Shown piece by piece: positions 22,721-36,995 of a DNA stretch of 64,000 bases. This DNA comes from Botryllus schlosseri. Its lineage: Eukaryota. The stretch covers positions 8,556,001 through 8,620,000 of the forward strand of contig CM119382.1 of assembly GCA_051294905.1 (NCBI GenBank), written 5' to 3'. The translations under genes were made by a program, and so were the position numbers. How positions within the stretch are numbered: the stretch's first letter is position 1; each line of letters starts with the position of its first letter. Under the pieces are notes generated by a model, which was not told where the DNA came from, searched no databases, and saw nothing but the letters and a program-made list of their open reading frames with translations.

Positions 22721-25403
22721 CTAATTAGTTATAGACTTGCTGAATTCGCGAAAACTTGGGTGTTGAATGAATTTTAGTTCATATCAAGGCAGAGTTCATA
22801 CACGTTGCAACAAGCGTGTCACGTTTCGCACTGTACAATTTTCCTTATTAATTTTCCGGAAAACCAGAAATTTTATTAGAATTAAAATTGGAGCATTGAA
22901 TAGAAACATTTCACAAATTAGATTAGAATTAGCTTGCCGGCATTTCAGTTTAATTAGTCAACTAGAATTATCTAGTTGTCGAAGTCTGCACTGTATGGCG
23001 TATGTATATACAAACATTTCAATCTTATGATACCACTTTTGTGTTGTTATGATTAGAACTAGCTGGATAAATTTGATTTCTCTACTAAGCTTTCCACGCA
23101 TAATTAAAATTCTCCAATGTGGGACATTACAATTTCCATCATCAGCCTCTAGTGGCGTTATTGAACTGGATTGAAAAACGTTCAATGTATATTCCTTATT
23201 TAGTTATTTTCATTTAGCGACATGCGTCTTTTACGAATAATTTTATTTTCATAAACTTTGTTTGATCAATGGGCATTCTCAAGCCATTTCAGCTCTTTTT
23301 TCTATCGAGGTCATGTGATTGGCTTGCCTTTATATGGTGGAATTTATAGTCCACGGTAGGCTAATGATTGAATAATGATTCATGTTGAAATAAACCTGGC
23401 ATATTTTCGACTGACACTCAGCTAATCGGCAGCGACTAGAATAGAATTCAAGAGAACAGTCTTATCACCAGTTATGATGTCACAGGCATAAAATTTCAAA
23501 TAATCGAGACAAACAGATGGCCAAAAATTATATAAGACTACAGGGTTAGGGTCGTTAAAGAGCCCGTTCATTCTTTCACAAATGTGCCTTCTAGTCGAGT
23601 TCAATCAAAATCCGTCAACTTAGTTTGTGACAACAGAAAGAGTTCCTGTATAATCTAAAAATAGTGCATTGATCCTAAGCCAGATGGCAGATGGTTCGCC
23701 TTGGCTATTCGAATTTTGAATATATCTTATCCAATTGTATATTGAAGTTCTGTACTTCAAAAAGTCTTATTAAAAACTAATGATTATATAATGCATCATG
23801 CATGTTCATGTTCATTCCAAAGAACTGTTTCGGTGCGATCATACCATATTCCTGTCAAACCTTGAAACTGTTTGCCTATGATTTACTTAACATGTCTGCT
23901 TGTTTTTATGCCATCCATCTGGTCAGTTAAAAAGCTGAGTACTGGGTATGGTCTGGCGTAATTTCCACAAAGTATTAAAGGTCTTTGTAAGCAAGAATGT
24001 GATTATTTTTTGTGCTGTTACCAGCATCATGTAATTGGCCGATGGTTATGATTTCTACCATTTGAATTTTATAAGCCTTCTGCTGGTTGTGTGTTTCAAT
24101 GTGACAAAGCGTCTTATAAATGTTCTCTGTCTGTTAGCCTACTGGAGTACAGTTCAGAGAGAGCTGTCTTCTTGATTGATATGGTGACTGGAAACTTGGT
24201 AGCAGACTTGTGCAGATTTACATTTATGATACATTGATCGAAATTCTCCAAGCGATTTCACAGCGATGGATCTGCATTATGCTAATCATGCATAAAGTTC
24301 TGAAGAGGTTCGTCCACTTTTTGGCAGTTGATGTTCATTGTGTTTGCCAATCAAGACTGAGCAAACATTTTGAATATGACTCGATTAGGTATGACGCACT
24401 ATTTTTCGCCGAACGAGTTTCTAATTAGCAGATGCCAGATGGGTTATCTCATGAGTTACAAGTTTATTTAACTTCGGAAGGTGACCTTTTGAATATACAG
24501 TGATAGAGGGAAAAATACACATTTCAGCGTTATGGGGAGGCTTGAGAATTTAGTCATATGGTCAAAATGGAATGTAATATCTTCTGGCCGATTCCAGTGT
24601 TGTGAAATGAACTGATGTTATTATTACATGTTGCTAGTGAACGGTGACTCTGTGACCATAATATGCATTAGTAAAAGTGTTTCCTCCTTTTGTTCATTCC
24701 TGATATGGATCGAAAAGCTCTGCAACTCCATGACTGATAACAATACACATGGAATCAATGTGCGATATTATGTTGTTTTGGCCGAAGTTGTATCTCATGC
24801 CTTCCCAAGTTTGAACATGCATTTGATTGTTATACAGTATCTATTGATCGCACACGCTCCATCTTTATGGATATGGCTTGTCAAGGTTGATTTGCTTTCA
24901 ATAGACTTCTTTTTGAGATTTGACAGTCTGGTGTAGACAACATGATTTGGTGAAATGCGATAGAAGTTATTAAAATTGTGCAAAGAAATGAAGAACATAA
25001 AATCATGACAAATCAATGTGTCCTTGCTCTATGAGTGAGAATGATGGCTGAGTTATGTTTGTACCTGAAAATAGTAGCCTACTGCCATGCACCAAAACCA
25101 ACTTGGGCAATGACAGTCTGGACCTTCGTACTATTCATAAATAGTGCCGTGCAGTGATGGATTTTTTACATAGCTTATTAACATTACCAGTCTGACATAT
25201 AACAAGGTAACGTTGTGAGCTTTGGAATTCTGACTTGATCTGGTGTTGCTACGCTTGTAACATCACCCGTTCTAGTTATTTTACCTTTGCTTGTGACATT
25301 GTGAGACACAATTTTTTTATCATTACCATTTTCCTTCCCTATTAATCAGAGCGAGTGGTTGCCTACTTCCAAGACTTTATCATGCTTCAGCTGCATATCT
25401 CTC

Positions 25404-25465
25404 TTGTTAGACGCCCTATTTCATAAAATATGTTTGTTAGACGCCCTATTTCATAAAATATGTTT
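25404..25465. repeat. 30-bp tandem duplication
   Basis: ttgttagacgccctatttcataaaatatgt x2. Confidence 0.92.
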
Positions 25466-27032
25466 GTATGAGCTTAGCAAACCATAATCATGGTGTGGAC
25501 AATACTCTATTTTTGCTTTTCGATCCTGTTACCTGTACCTCTGTATTTGTCTTGTTGGTTGTGTTTGTTTGTAAAGGAATTTCTACAGAAAAAAAACAAT
25601 GCCATGTTTTGATCTTCAACTGTGTAAGCTAAGGTATAGTTATAATCAGGTCCATTTCAAAATGAGACACACGTTTTTATGTTAGTGTCTTATGAAATGG
25701 TTAATAGCATTTCCTTAATCCTCAGGTTATTGCATTCAATGTCATTTTGTTACTTAGATTTATACAGTGGAGTGATACCCCCTGTAGTCATATTTGGTTA
25801 TCGTACTTCCAATTTGCGCTGCAAATGCGGATGTGTTCTGCTGTCAACACACCGAATTATTTGCTTCACCACTAATTAGCTAAATATGATGATCTTCTGC
25901 TGAAACAATTTTTACGTCAGTGCGGTGGATAAGTGCTACTTTAATAGGTCAATATTAAGCCATTATCAACTTGTTTCCTTCCTTGTTAATTGTTTTCCTG
26001 TTCCTGTCGCGTGGAGACGCTTGAACATACAAGCCTAACTTTTCTCACTAGGAAGATTTCGTAGAATATAGTCCGAGCGTGAGCTTAGGTCAAGCTGAAA
26101 GTGGGCAGTCCGGGTGTTTTTGTTCCGCCATCTCGGTTTGGTTTGACATTCGGTGTCTGAAGACTTCTGGATGGGTCGGGAGGCTCAGTTCTGGTAATGG
26201 TGGGTCGGTGTGTACTACGTCGGTAAGTACTACGAAAATGATGTTCAGTGTGTATCAAATCTGAGTTACGAGACTGGCAAATGTCTGTACAAGGACGAGT
26301 GCTGGCTTGGCTCATTTTGCATGATACAGATCTCTCAGGAAGAACGGAAATTCGACAAGAATGATAATTAGAGCATAGCAACATTCTACAGATCAGATTA
26401 GAATTTGAATTGGTGGATAGAAACATTTGACAAATTAGATTACCCGCATTTCACTGTAATCAGTCTAATTGATTGGTTCTTATGCATCACTAACGTGAGG
26501 AGCACTTAGTTATCTGCTAGATTTTGTGGAACCCCAAATTTTTGCTGATACATAAAAACAAAAATCTATCACAATACACAGCTAGTACATTACTATAGAA
26601 TACTCGCGCACAAACAGTGTTAAAAGTGCTAGACCATTAAATATAACTTACACACCAAACGAAAACAATATACCGGTAATGGATATTTATTGCAAACCAG
26701 TGTTACTTTTGCTGTTCCAGTTCAGAAATGCGAAGCTTCACCTTGGAACGTGTCGTCGTCGTGTTCGGTGGAAACGCAACAGTGTGACTGCTTGATTAGC
26801 CTACAAATAAGCCAATAAATATTGGAGATAGAATTTGCATTTTAGAAGGGCTTGGTTTGGGTTTTGATCGCCAACCTCTGCACCGTACGCCACTGGGTCA
26901 TGGCATGCCACCACTGTGACCATTCGGCTACCGATCGGGCCAAATTCCCTATAACCAATGACGGCCAAGAATGACGTATGCTCATTGCTCACAATCACAA
27001 ATCATATGGATGAATTGAGTGTGTGTCTTGAC

Positions 27033-27535
27033 CAGGGTTGTAACTAAGTCACAAGGCTCCGCGTCACAAGTCAATCTCCCTTTTATAGTTTTGACTTGAG
27101 TCAGGTCGAGTCATTTTCAATTCACCATCGAGTCAAGTCCGAGTCCAAGTCAACGAGCAGTGGGTCGCGTCCAAGTCATGGTATAATGACTCGAGTCCGA
27201 GTCCAAGTCATTGTGATAACTGCTCAGTTTCCAGTTGAAAGTCAGGTTAAACCCACTTTTTATAACTCTTATTGGTGATATCGAATGGTTCGCATTTATA
27301 ATATACTAGGTAATTTCCCTCACTTTTACTAGTTTCCGGTCGCATTTTCAAGTACGGTACCAGTGTCAATAGATGAAATCCCAATATGGTGGTTACTTTA
27401 CTATTCTTCGAAAGTACAATGAAATGTTGGTCTTGGCCGTCTGAGTCTCGAGTCATATGACTTGGTTAGAGTCCTGCACAATGACTCGAGTCCAAGTCGA
27501 GTCAGAAAATCGTGACTCGAGTCATTACAGCCCTG
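27033..27535. mobile_element. hAT-type MITE rich in GACTCGAGTC repeats, 503 bp
   Basis: TIR cagggttgtaa / ttacagccctg, perfect TSD gtcttgac (27025-27032, 27536-27543). Related partial copies at ~97-296, ~11730-12047 and ~62291-62530. Confidence 0.92.
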
Positions 27536-27828
27536 GTCTTGACCTTCACGGAACCCCTGAGACTGGCTCATGGCACCCCTAGTATTCCGTGGAACACCGG
27601 TTAAGAGTCACTGGTCGAATTATACAGTTAGAATTAGGTAGTTAATCCAAGTCTGGTTGAGGAATTCAGTCTTGTGTAATAAAAGTATTGTGTGTCCGCT
27701 CTTCCGTATGACTAATACACGTTTTGAAGTCGAATCGACTGCTTGCTGAGATGAACAAAAATTGTTACCCAAGTACAGGTTTATATGGAAGAAATGTGCT
27801 TCACTGCATAGGTTAGGTGTATCTAACA

Positions 27829-28503
27829 CAGGGCTCACCAACACGTGGCCCCCGGATTCGTTTTTTGCGGCCCGCGATCTGATTTGAGATTCTGGTTTGA
27901 ATTCTTTCCGATTTGAATTCCGTCTCAAAATATAGTTTTATTTTCAAAATAGATATTCTCCTGTGTCCGACATCACTATTCCTCACTAGCTGAACCGGCT
28001 TCGGCGATGGAATCGGCATTCCATCGAATGAGAATCAGCTGATATGAATTGGTAATGGGCATATATTGCCTTGACGTGCAATGTCCCAGACACTGTCCGG
28101 ACCAAAACGCTTAGATAATGGCTTAGGGCTTCCACAGTGGATCAGGATTTACGAGAAAATATTCTTTCAGCTGTAGAACCGTGTCTCGCTATTCCTAATA
28201 TCGATGCCTTAGTTACTGAAAAGTGGTGTCACTTGTCAGATATCGTGCGCAGCTCGTAGTTCAAAATAACATGAAAGAAATAATCATGATGGTTTTGTTG
28301 TAATTGTATTTCTATATCAAATATTACTTTTTTGACTTTGACCGTCGCCCATGTTAGAGAGCACAGCGTTGTATTGACGTGAAGTTTTAAAAACGAGGTT
28401 GCTTAACTACGTGGCCTGTTTTGTCTCGATATTGCATTCTTGCGGCGTGCGGCCTTTGCGAAATTTGGAAAGTGACCCGCGACCCGTTTTGAGTTGGCGC
28501 CTG
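27829..28503 (+). mobile_element. Degenerate Charlie-type hAT derivative with transposase C-terminal remnant
   Basis: Left end cagggctcaccaacacgtggccc; remnant DLRENILSAVEPCLAIPNIDALVTEKWCHLS at ~28125-28220; eroded right end. Confidence 0.6.
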
Positions 28504-30792
28504 ACGCGGTGCTTCGACGTTTCCTATAAATTGCGCTAACCAACCTGTCGGAGCGTCAAGCGGCATCCGTGTTTACTATGCATTCGTCTCGAGAGCAAAC
28601 CAGTAAAAATACTCGGAATTGTCGACCTATCGCAAGCGACGACCGCGATTGGCATCCGCGGGACGACGTGTCTCGGACAGTCATCGCGCAAACACAAACG
28701 TTATTCCTGGCCTCCCGACTTCGCTCGCGGTCGCGAATACCTTTCGCATATATTCCCGATTACGGCGCGGCAAATACTATGCCGATGACGCACGCAACGC
28801 TCTTTGATGTGCTTTTCTTGCTTGGTGCGCGAGTGTTTGTCTTGCGAGAAGCCGGCGCACAACGGTCTTTCTATGTAGATTTCGTTTTACGCTAGTGATT
28901 TACAGTGGGGTGGAGTGCCGACGTGTTACATGCGTGATGTAATTTACGGTGTCGATTTGGGAGGGAGTAAAAGTAGCCATCGATGGTGGCTTGGTGCTCC
29001 AGTAGTAGCCAATTCTAAATGAGTAAAAATTAAGTTAACGCAAAACCGACTTGAGTACTCCGCTACTGGCCACCTCTGGGGTGTCGTTATCTTGCAGATC
29101 TACCATCTACTCTCGATATTTTGAAGTTCAATGCGTCTGGTGTGTGTTTACACCGTGTCGATACCGCTCGCGAAGGCTCCCAGAATGTCTCAATAGCATA
29201 CACGATTAGCCTCGCCTTTGACGTAATCTTGCCCGCTTTTCGCCGCAAACGGTTTCGCGTAATGCGCGCTGACATTATAGCTCGTGGAAACGATACGCTA
29301 TCGGGCCGATCTTGATCTTGATAAGCACGCGAGATAAGCGCAACACCTCGGGCGCCAGCGCTAATTTAAACGACGCGAAGCGAGGACATCATCCTGTGGC
29401 ACTGTTGTTTCTCGGCGATGGTTGTGTAATTTTTTACGGCGGGTGCGTTGCGTTTCCGTGAAATCTTGCGACTCGCTTGTGTGTCTACAATTTGAGCTTG
29501 ACGGATATTGCGATCGAGGAACAGACTCAGAAATAGCTAGGGTGTGAACGTGGTGCGCGTTACTGTTATGAATGAGGATGGATAATGGCATATCCGTTAT
29601 CAGAAATTATATCGCTTGTGATAAGAGTTCGGAAAGGTCCATAACAATAAGAATGATGCGGAAAATTCAAGGTACATTTTACGTGACCGCAATGAATGTA
29701 ATACCAGTTCTGCATCACATTATAAGGTAATTTGGCGGTTTTTCGACTATACACCTCTTGCCTTGTGACGACTTCACAGGTCTCGTTGACACTAATTGCA
29801 TACTACGTTGTTTGCGGTTTTCATGGTGTTTGTCGACTACTATTCTCAATTGGTCATTTACACCAGGCCAATGGTCTTCATTTTTATTCCGTTTTATTCC
29901 GTAACGGCCCACTTCCAGGCTTTTATAAGTCACCGCATACACGGATGAGCGGGAGCCTAGATAAACGTGCAACACTTCAGTAGGAATTATGGAGTCGACC
30001 TCGGTCGGACCCGCAATCCGTCGGTGTTTTAGCTGTGGATTATACCACTACGCTATCTCGCGACGATATCACAGATGTCTCATTTACACTAACTTGCAAA
30101 GCTTTCTACTACATTGTATATTAGGGCTGTTCAAAAATAACTTTTTCTTCTGGATTCCAACCAGTCAGGCATTAAATTGTCAGGTTACCCTGAAAAACGC
30201 TGCTCACCAAATTTGGTTCAATTCTATCAAGTATAAGGCTCCGCGGATCCAATTAAAATTTTTAATTTATAATGAAAAATTAAAAATAAAAATTTTCAAA
30301 TTTTTCTGTCGACCCCACGAAATTGTTGAGCTGTCTTCAAAGACGATGCAAAACAAATTTGGTCAATTCCAACTAGTAGAAGCGGAGTTATTTGAGTTTT
30401 TCGTTGATGATCCTCAGATTATCACCGTATATGCTACAATGCGACCAATCGTACATTATAATATAATACTCGGTTCGGCTATGCTCTATGCTGTTCTCGG
30501 TATCTATGGACTGCGATCGTAGGCGGTCAAACTTGGTAATCAAATAGGCGTAGCGTAACTTCGTGAAAGTAAGTGACAATGTCAGTGTCTGAAGACGTGC
30601 AGAACTTCAATACACAATTGAATAATATATTCATTATTCATATTGAAATAAACCCGAATAGTTTTGGCTGATACTCGTCATGGATAATCAGCGACTAGTA
30701 GAGAATTGAAGAGAACTTTATATCAACAGTCGTATCACCAAATATGACGTCACACGCACGGAAATTCGACTAATGAAGGATAAGAGATGGTC

Positions 30793-30858
30793 ATGGTCAA
30801 TGTACTGGTTTTCAGTTTATGCACGATGGTCAATGTACTGGTTTTCAGTTTATGCACG
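30793..30858. repeat. 33-bp tandem duplication
   Basis: atggtcaatgtactggttttcagtttatgcacg x2. Confidence 0.92.
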
Positions 30859-32451
30859 AACTCCTTCTGTTGTCACAAACTAGGTTGGCGGATTGGATAA
30901 AAGTCGACTCTAAGGCACATAAAGAAGGTAAAAAAAGGCCACTCCCGGCGACGCGAAATCTGCCGCCTCCATAAATTTGGCAGGCATGCAAGGGATAATT
31001 CTCTTCGTGCGAAATATCATCGAGATGACAGATTTCGCTTGCGACTAAAAAAAAGTTAGATCGGGGCCTACGATAACCCGTCTTAGGCCCTGGCAAGATA
31101 CCTCAAACGTGCGGATTGTGTAAATATGAACCCCACTAGGGCAGAGTCTTGTGACCTGAAATGCAGTGCGGGTCGGATATCGGCGACCGAATTCACGCAG
31201 GATATCGCTTTAACGTGACGCTGCAATTATTAGCCGTGCTACTATTCCCCATTGAAAATGGTCGTCTAATATCAACAACGACGGCAAAACGTGGCACCAA
31301 ATGGGGTCGGTAACTGCAAAATTGCGTCAATTTCGTCAAATTGGCGCGCGTTTTGCGTTCAGCAAATCGTTCGTCGGTAGCGCGCGGAATTGGCTCGTAT
31401 TGACGGCCGGTAATCAACCAGTTCGTAACGAGCCAAGGGAGAATTGATATGTTTTTTTTCATGTCGCCCGAGACGAGCACCGAGTATTTGCCAACTGGGA
31501 ACGCGAGATTCGAGAGGCCAAAGGTCGATAATAAGTCTCCGGATTCCTGCACATCGACGCGGAAACGGTGGCGTGGTGCACGCAGACTTGACAACTAGAA
31601 CGTTTTCAGATTTTTAAAATTAGATTAGAATTAGAATTGTAGTTACACGGCTTTTTCTAAATTAGATTAGAATTACAGAATTCGCGAGAACTTGGAAATT
31701 GAATGAAGTTCGTATCAAGTCAGAGTTCTCACCCATAAGCATCAGAATGATGAATGTCTGCGCAGCGAGTTTGGCTAGTTTCGTACGACACGGTTCTCCT
31801 GTAGCATTTTCAGGAAAACCAGAAGTCAATGAGAGCGTGGAAACATTTCACAAATTAGATTAAAATTGGAATTGGAGCAAAGAAACATTTGACAAATTAG
31901 ATTTGGATTATATATTACCGCCCCAATTAGTATGATTGGACAAATGGAACGATCTAGTTGCCCGTGTCCGTCTTCACTCAGCTGATGTTCGACAGATTTC
32001 GACGCACTTGTCTCTCTCTGCGATTTTAACGCATTTCTTGAGTGGCGTTGCGGTATTATCGCAGTTGCATACTTAACGCACAGAAGACACCATCAAATGT
32101 ATGCGTATGCGTATCTCCGATAGTAGATCTGATAATCACGCGATGGAATCGTTTCGACCGAATTTGATATGACGGATTCGATGGTGTGTTCCCTGTCGTG
32201 TTCCACTCAATATTTTTGTATGATATCTACTACTGATCAGGACTGGTCAGTGACGCGGTACTTCACTACTTTTTCGTACTTTAGTACTATAGTAGGTTTC
32301 CTCTACTTGTACTTCTTGCTGTTTTGAGACTATTTCCACTTCTACTTAATAACAATGTTCAGTTCCAGTCAGGCAAAACAGGCCCATAGCTGTGTCTACT
32401 TCTACTATAGTATTAATTAACGACCTTACATCTATTTCTGCCAGTAACAAG

Positions 32452-32690
32452 GTGGCGAGATAGCGTAGTGATATGATCCACATTCCACAGCTGCAACACC
32501 AATAGCTCGCGGATCCGAGTCCGACTGAGGTTCACTCCAAAATCTCGCCTCAGGTGTTGGAGGTTTCTCTAGGCTCCTCGCCTCACAAAAGCCTAGACGT
32601 GGGCCGTGCTACAAGTCGGCATCTGTGGAATCAAAATAAAGAATATCAGCCTTGTGTAAATGACCATTACAGTCGATAAAACATCGCAGA
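32452..32690 (+). mobile_element. Degenerate tRNA-derived SINE (second family)
   Basis: A-box-like tagcgtagtg (32461-32470), B-box-like ggatccgagtcc (32511-32522). Confidence 0.5.
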
Positions 32691-32917
32691 TACCGCAAGG
32701 CAAATACTAGAGTGCCAATTATGACTATTCTGACCGCATCTACTTTTGATATCGGGCCGACTGAGATCATGTGACTGGCGTCCGCGTACGTTGTTGACGA
32801 TCACGCAGAACCGCGGGGAATTGTTCTATAAAGATTGGCGGGCGATTTATCATCCACCAAAATAGACCGGGCGAAAGGGCGGTCTTTTATTGAGAACGCG
32901 GAGCGCGCGCTCGCCTG

Positions 32918-32927
32918 CTAAAAATAG
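32918..32927. promoter_or_regulatory. MEF2 consensus site CTAAAAATAG
   Basis: Exact YTAWWWWTAR inside a CpG-rich island. Confidence 0.55.
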
Positions 32928-33630
32928 CGACTCCCGCGGCGCGTATAATTGCAGCGAGGGCGTGATGGATTATACAATTGCGATTGATTTTACGCGGTAA
33001 TTCGTGGCGCGTTATCCGCTCCGCGGTGCTAACAAAAACGGGTTCTTATTGCCACGAAACGCAGACCAGGATATGAAACGAATTTACGGTGCTATTATCA
33101 CGGGGTCGCCACACAAAATCGGGAGAAGGCAAAAATTCCGACATGATCAAATTTTCGGCGCCGCGTACACGTCATGTGTACGATTGTGACGTCAAATTCA
33201 CGGGCAATACGATGTCAGAAGTTCGGAACTTGGGCATGGGGTGAGCTATTATGAGAGGAGTTTCAGTTTCCTGTATAAAATCAGGATATGTATTGGGTGT
33301 GCGCGTTCGCAACTTCGCTGTGTTCTGGCGGTATCGGGCCAGATCAATATCGCACAAGCATGTCTGTGCTATTTCAAATCAAAGGGGGTCACTGGTCAAA
33401 GTAGGTGTCGTATGTGCTGGAATAGTATTAGCGTCCCAATATATTCACATTGAAATGAAACTGAATATTTTCGGCTGACTGTCGTCAGGCGGTCAGTGGT
33501 AATTGTCAATAACTGTTCTTCACAAATTTCTCCTAGGTTATTGGTCAGCAACTAGAAGACAATTGTAAAGAACACTTGCTGAAAATTGCCCCTGACAGGA
33601 CAGGGCAGTTTTTTGCGGCATATACACCGA

Positions 33631-33900
33631 CTCGTGATATACATGCACAGTGCACACGAACTGTGCATATGCATACAATGAGTGCATACTGCTTATGCCG
33701 CTGGACAAGGAAGCTGCAGAAATAGCCTTGTAAGACTTTCTAAGTCTTGCACAAACCCTCCATGCTATCCGATAATGCCGAGGGCCAGGCCGGGAAGTCG
33801 TGGATGCCAGTGTTACTAATCAGGTCTTTGGTCTGACCCGGCTGAGGATTGAACCCACGACCTGCCGATCTAGAAGCGGGACTCTTCACCATCACGCTAT
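33631..33900 (-). mobile_element. tRNA-derived SINE
   Basis: Minus strand: A box tagcgtgatggt, B box ggttcaatcc, then ggtcagaccaaagac central domain and a simple-repeat-like tail. Confidence 0.8.
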
Positions 33901-34483
33901 CTTGTCTTGACTAGTTTGAGCCGAATATATTCAGGTTTATTGCAATATCAATATATTATTCAATTGTAGGTTGAAGTTCTGAACCCCTCCAAACGTCTCT
34001 TCAAATGTTAAGTAGAAGTAGAAAGTATGTACTGCAAAAGTAGCCAAAACCTACTTGAGTACTTCGAAATAGTAGAAGTACTTTGTTGCTGACGACTTCT
34101 GTTTGAAATAGAAACTCATAATTTCTGTTTTGCTCACGTAGACTTGCATTGGGAAGTTCGCGGATTACGTGATGGTAGCTGCTAGCTAGCGACTTTGTTG
34201 GCTGTTACCGGGCGACTTTCTACGTATATTGTGTTACCGACTGCTTCGTACGCAACACGTAACTGGCGCAAATTTCGCACTTAGATTTGCTGCAAAAGAA
34301 AACCGACTTTTACAGTGATCGGATGGAATCGCAATGCGTTTTTATTCAAATCCGCATATTACGCGGCACAAGAGTCGGCATCAAGTCTGCAATATCAAAG
34401 TCGACGAGGTTGTTGTACGGTGGATCGCGTGCAAAATGAAGCAGGGAGCCGATTGCAGACGGCGTGCCCTTTTCCTGCGCGTT

Positions 34484-34493
34484 CTATTTATAG
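34484..34493. promoter_or_regulatory. MEF2 consensus site CTATTTATAG
   Basis: Exact consensus inside a GC-rich island. Confidence 0.55.
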
Positions 34494-36911
34494 CGCGGCT
34501 TCGATGCTGTGTCATATCACATCCCGGCTAGGCGTGTGTATTCTCACACCCGCAGATGGTGTTTGCGGCCGACGCCGGCTGCCAGCACACGCACGGGAAA
34601 TCGCATGTTTTTCGGGCAGTAATTTATGGGGCTCTCCAAACATTCGAGTCTGAGTCGAATAGCGGGAATACTGAAATTATGTGTCCCTTTTCACCAAGAG
34701 TTACATTATCAGCTGGATTTGTAGTTTCTATACTTTTTCCCCAACGTGGAAGCCTTGAAACCTCGATTGATGATATCGCAGTATCCAATACATGTAGTGC
34801 AAAGTCATAATCAACCCACAGCTTTGTCACAAGTGCAATGAAATCTAGGCGTAGTCGAAAAATCACAGATTATAATTAGATTATAGATTATTAATGTGAT
34901 GGGGAACTGGCATTAATACCTTTGTGGCTGCATATTTCGACTTTAAATAGAATATTCGTATCGAAATCAACCCGTATATTTTCGGCTGACACTCGTCAGG
35001 GGTAATGGTCAGTAACTAGTAGAAAATTGGAAAGAACATTGTATATCAACAATCGTATCATCAATGACGCCACCAGCATGAAACCTCGAATAATCGGGGT
35101 GACGAGACGAGTGTCAGCCGAATATAGTCGTATTTATTTCAATTAAATATACTACTGTCCAAATCACAGTTAGACTAACGTTTAGAATTTGGGGTTCGTA
35201 AAATGTCGTTGGGTAGCTTCTACTCAGGGTTTTGCGTCAGGCCGACAGCGGAACAATGTCGAGTAAATAGCGCGGAAATCTCATGGGATAACTGGGCATG
35301 TGGACAACGTTGCGTTTCATAGCTGAATAACACGCTGACACCGCAGTATCCGGTCGCCGCGAAGTTGTGGTTGATTGCAGTCCCATGTCCTTCATAACAC
35401 AGTATTCGAAATTTTCGATACCGGCATTGGAAGTCCGTTGGAAATTCCACCAGCACTGAATCCTTGCCCGTTTTAACTTGCTGGATAGGGCATTTGACAT
35501 CTTATGCCACGGTATGTTTAGTTGTTTACTCTGGAAAAGCGAAACTGCAGGTGTCCAGAAATCGCATAGCCTAAACGTTTCAAATATCGACTCCGTTTGA
35601 TAGCGACTAGACAATGCAGATACTGTTTTCAGTTGTGTAGCTCTATCGAACGCATAGTGTGCATAAAACGGTTTCGATGAAGCCACAAAGGTTTTGACTT
35701 TTTGGCAAAAACAAGACGCGTTGTGTTGTGATGAGCGCCGCATTATCAAAACATATCTCACGTTACTCATATCTTGTTGATTGCGAGTTGTGTTTTGTGT
35801 GATTATGCAATTAATATTTTGGATGGCCGTTTCCGAGTCATTGTGTTGCTCCGTGCGATCAATCGAAGTGTTTTCCTACCGAGGTATTTTTAGTAGTCCG
35901 TGTTTGTAAGCCGAGTCTTTGAATAGGTTGGTTGACTGAAGTAAATAAGATCGGGATATTATTGTTCTCCACGGCTGGATGACAGGCAGCGTGTTTACAG
36001 TGCACTGCACATATAGCGCCCCAATCGTAGTGATCACAGGATTATAACAACAGTAGAATGGAGATATCGGTTTAGTTACGATCTTATTGCTTGAAAGATT
36101 GGCTGAAGCCATTTGTAGTAGATGAGGGGGCGAATTTTGTTTTGTAGATTCAGTATGCAGTAGGTAGAGTGTCGAATGTTCAACTTCGTGTCAACATTTC
36201 TGTCGATATTGTGTACAGTGGTTTTCAAAATCGCGAAAGAGGTAAATCTAGCGTATATAATTGCTTGCCCATGTCCGCTAATCCAGATAATGTGGGGTAT
36301 TCAGACAGTAGCACGGCCGTGAACGCTCTTCTTCTGATCAATTATAAATTCGGTCTGAACATGACGTCATGTTATCCGGGAGGTCTTGAACTCTTGAGGT
36401 ATTCATGTGCCTATGGGCCGATATCCAATTGGTAAGCTATTAGGATATTAACCCTACTATCAGAGCGATGGTTGTGATCTAGCAATAGACGCAATAACAT
36501 CACACAACAGAACACAGGTATCACGATTCACGCCAAACCACCACGCGTGTTTTCTAGCTGTTATACAACTATTTTGTAAATGCGCAATTAGAACTACAAC
36601 TACTGGCTTTGCAGAATCCACAAATAGAACTATTAAAGAACGGTGGCTGATAGTAATAGGTAGTGTGCACAAGGCTGATTTTATTGCAGCCACGATTTTT
36701 ATTCAGAGCGATTTAAGCGTAATCCCCGGATCCGCGGTTATAGCGAAAAATAAAAGCGAATTCGGCATGACAACATGAATTTCATAATTTAACATAAAAT
36801 ATTAGCGAGTAGCGATTGGTGTGCCCTCCGCGCGACCCGCTCAATGTAAACCCACCTGCCAGCGGCCGCGTCGGCACTCTCGCTGAAACATCTCCGTATC
36901 CCAAACGATCT

Positions 36912-36995
36912 CTATATTTAGCGCAGCGGCGATTGACGTCAGGGTCGTATTATTACTGCTTTCTCTCTCCTACTTACGGACTCGGTTTGACGTCA
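36912..36995. promoter_or_regulatory. MEF2 site plus two full CRE palindromes
   Basis: CTATATTTAG 36912-36921; TGACGTCA 36934-36941 and 36988-36995. Confidence 0.6.

Noticed and set aside
29064-29085. CTCF-like motif ggccacctctgg (also near 55628)
   Set aside because: One base short of the core consensus spacing; cannot be supported without a PWM scan
29989-30522. 177-aa plus-strand ORF
   Set aside because: Runs through a copy of the tagggctgttcaaaaa MITE; composition is non-coding
33830-33900. tRNA gene
   Set aside because: A and B boxes are present but there is no complete cloverleaf, and the sequence continues into a SINE body
35237-35770. 177-aa minus-strand ORF
   Set aside because: No domain, signal or splice support; lies in a stop-poor CpG-rich region. 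Not excluded, but not supportable.
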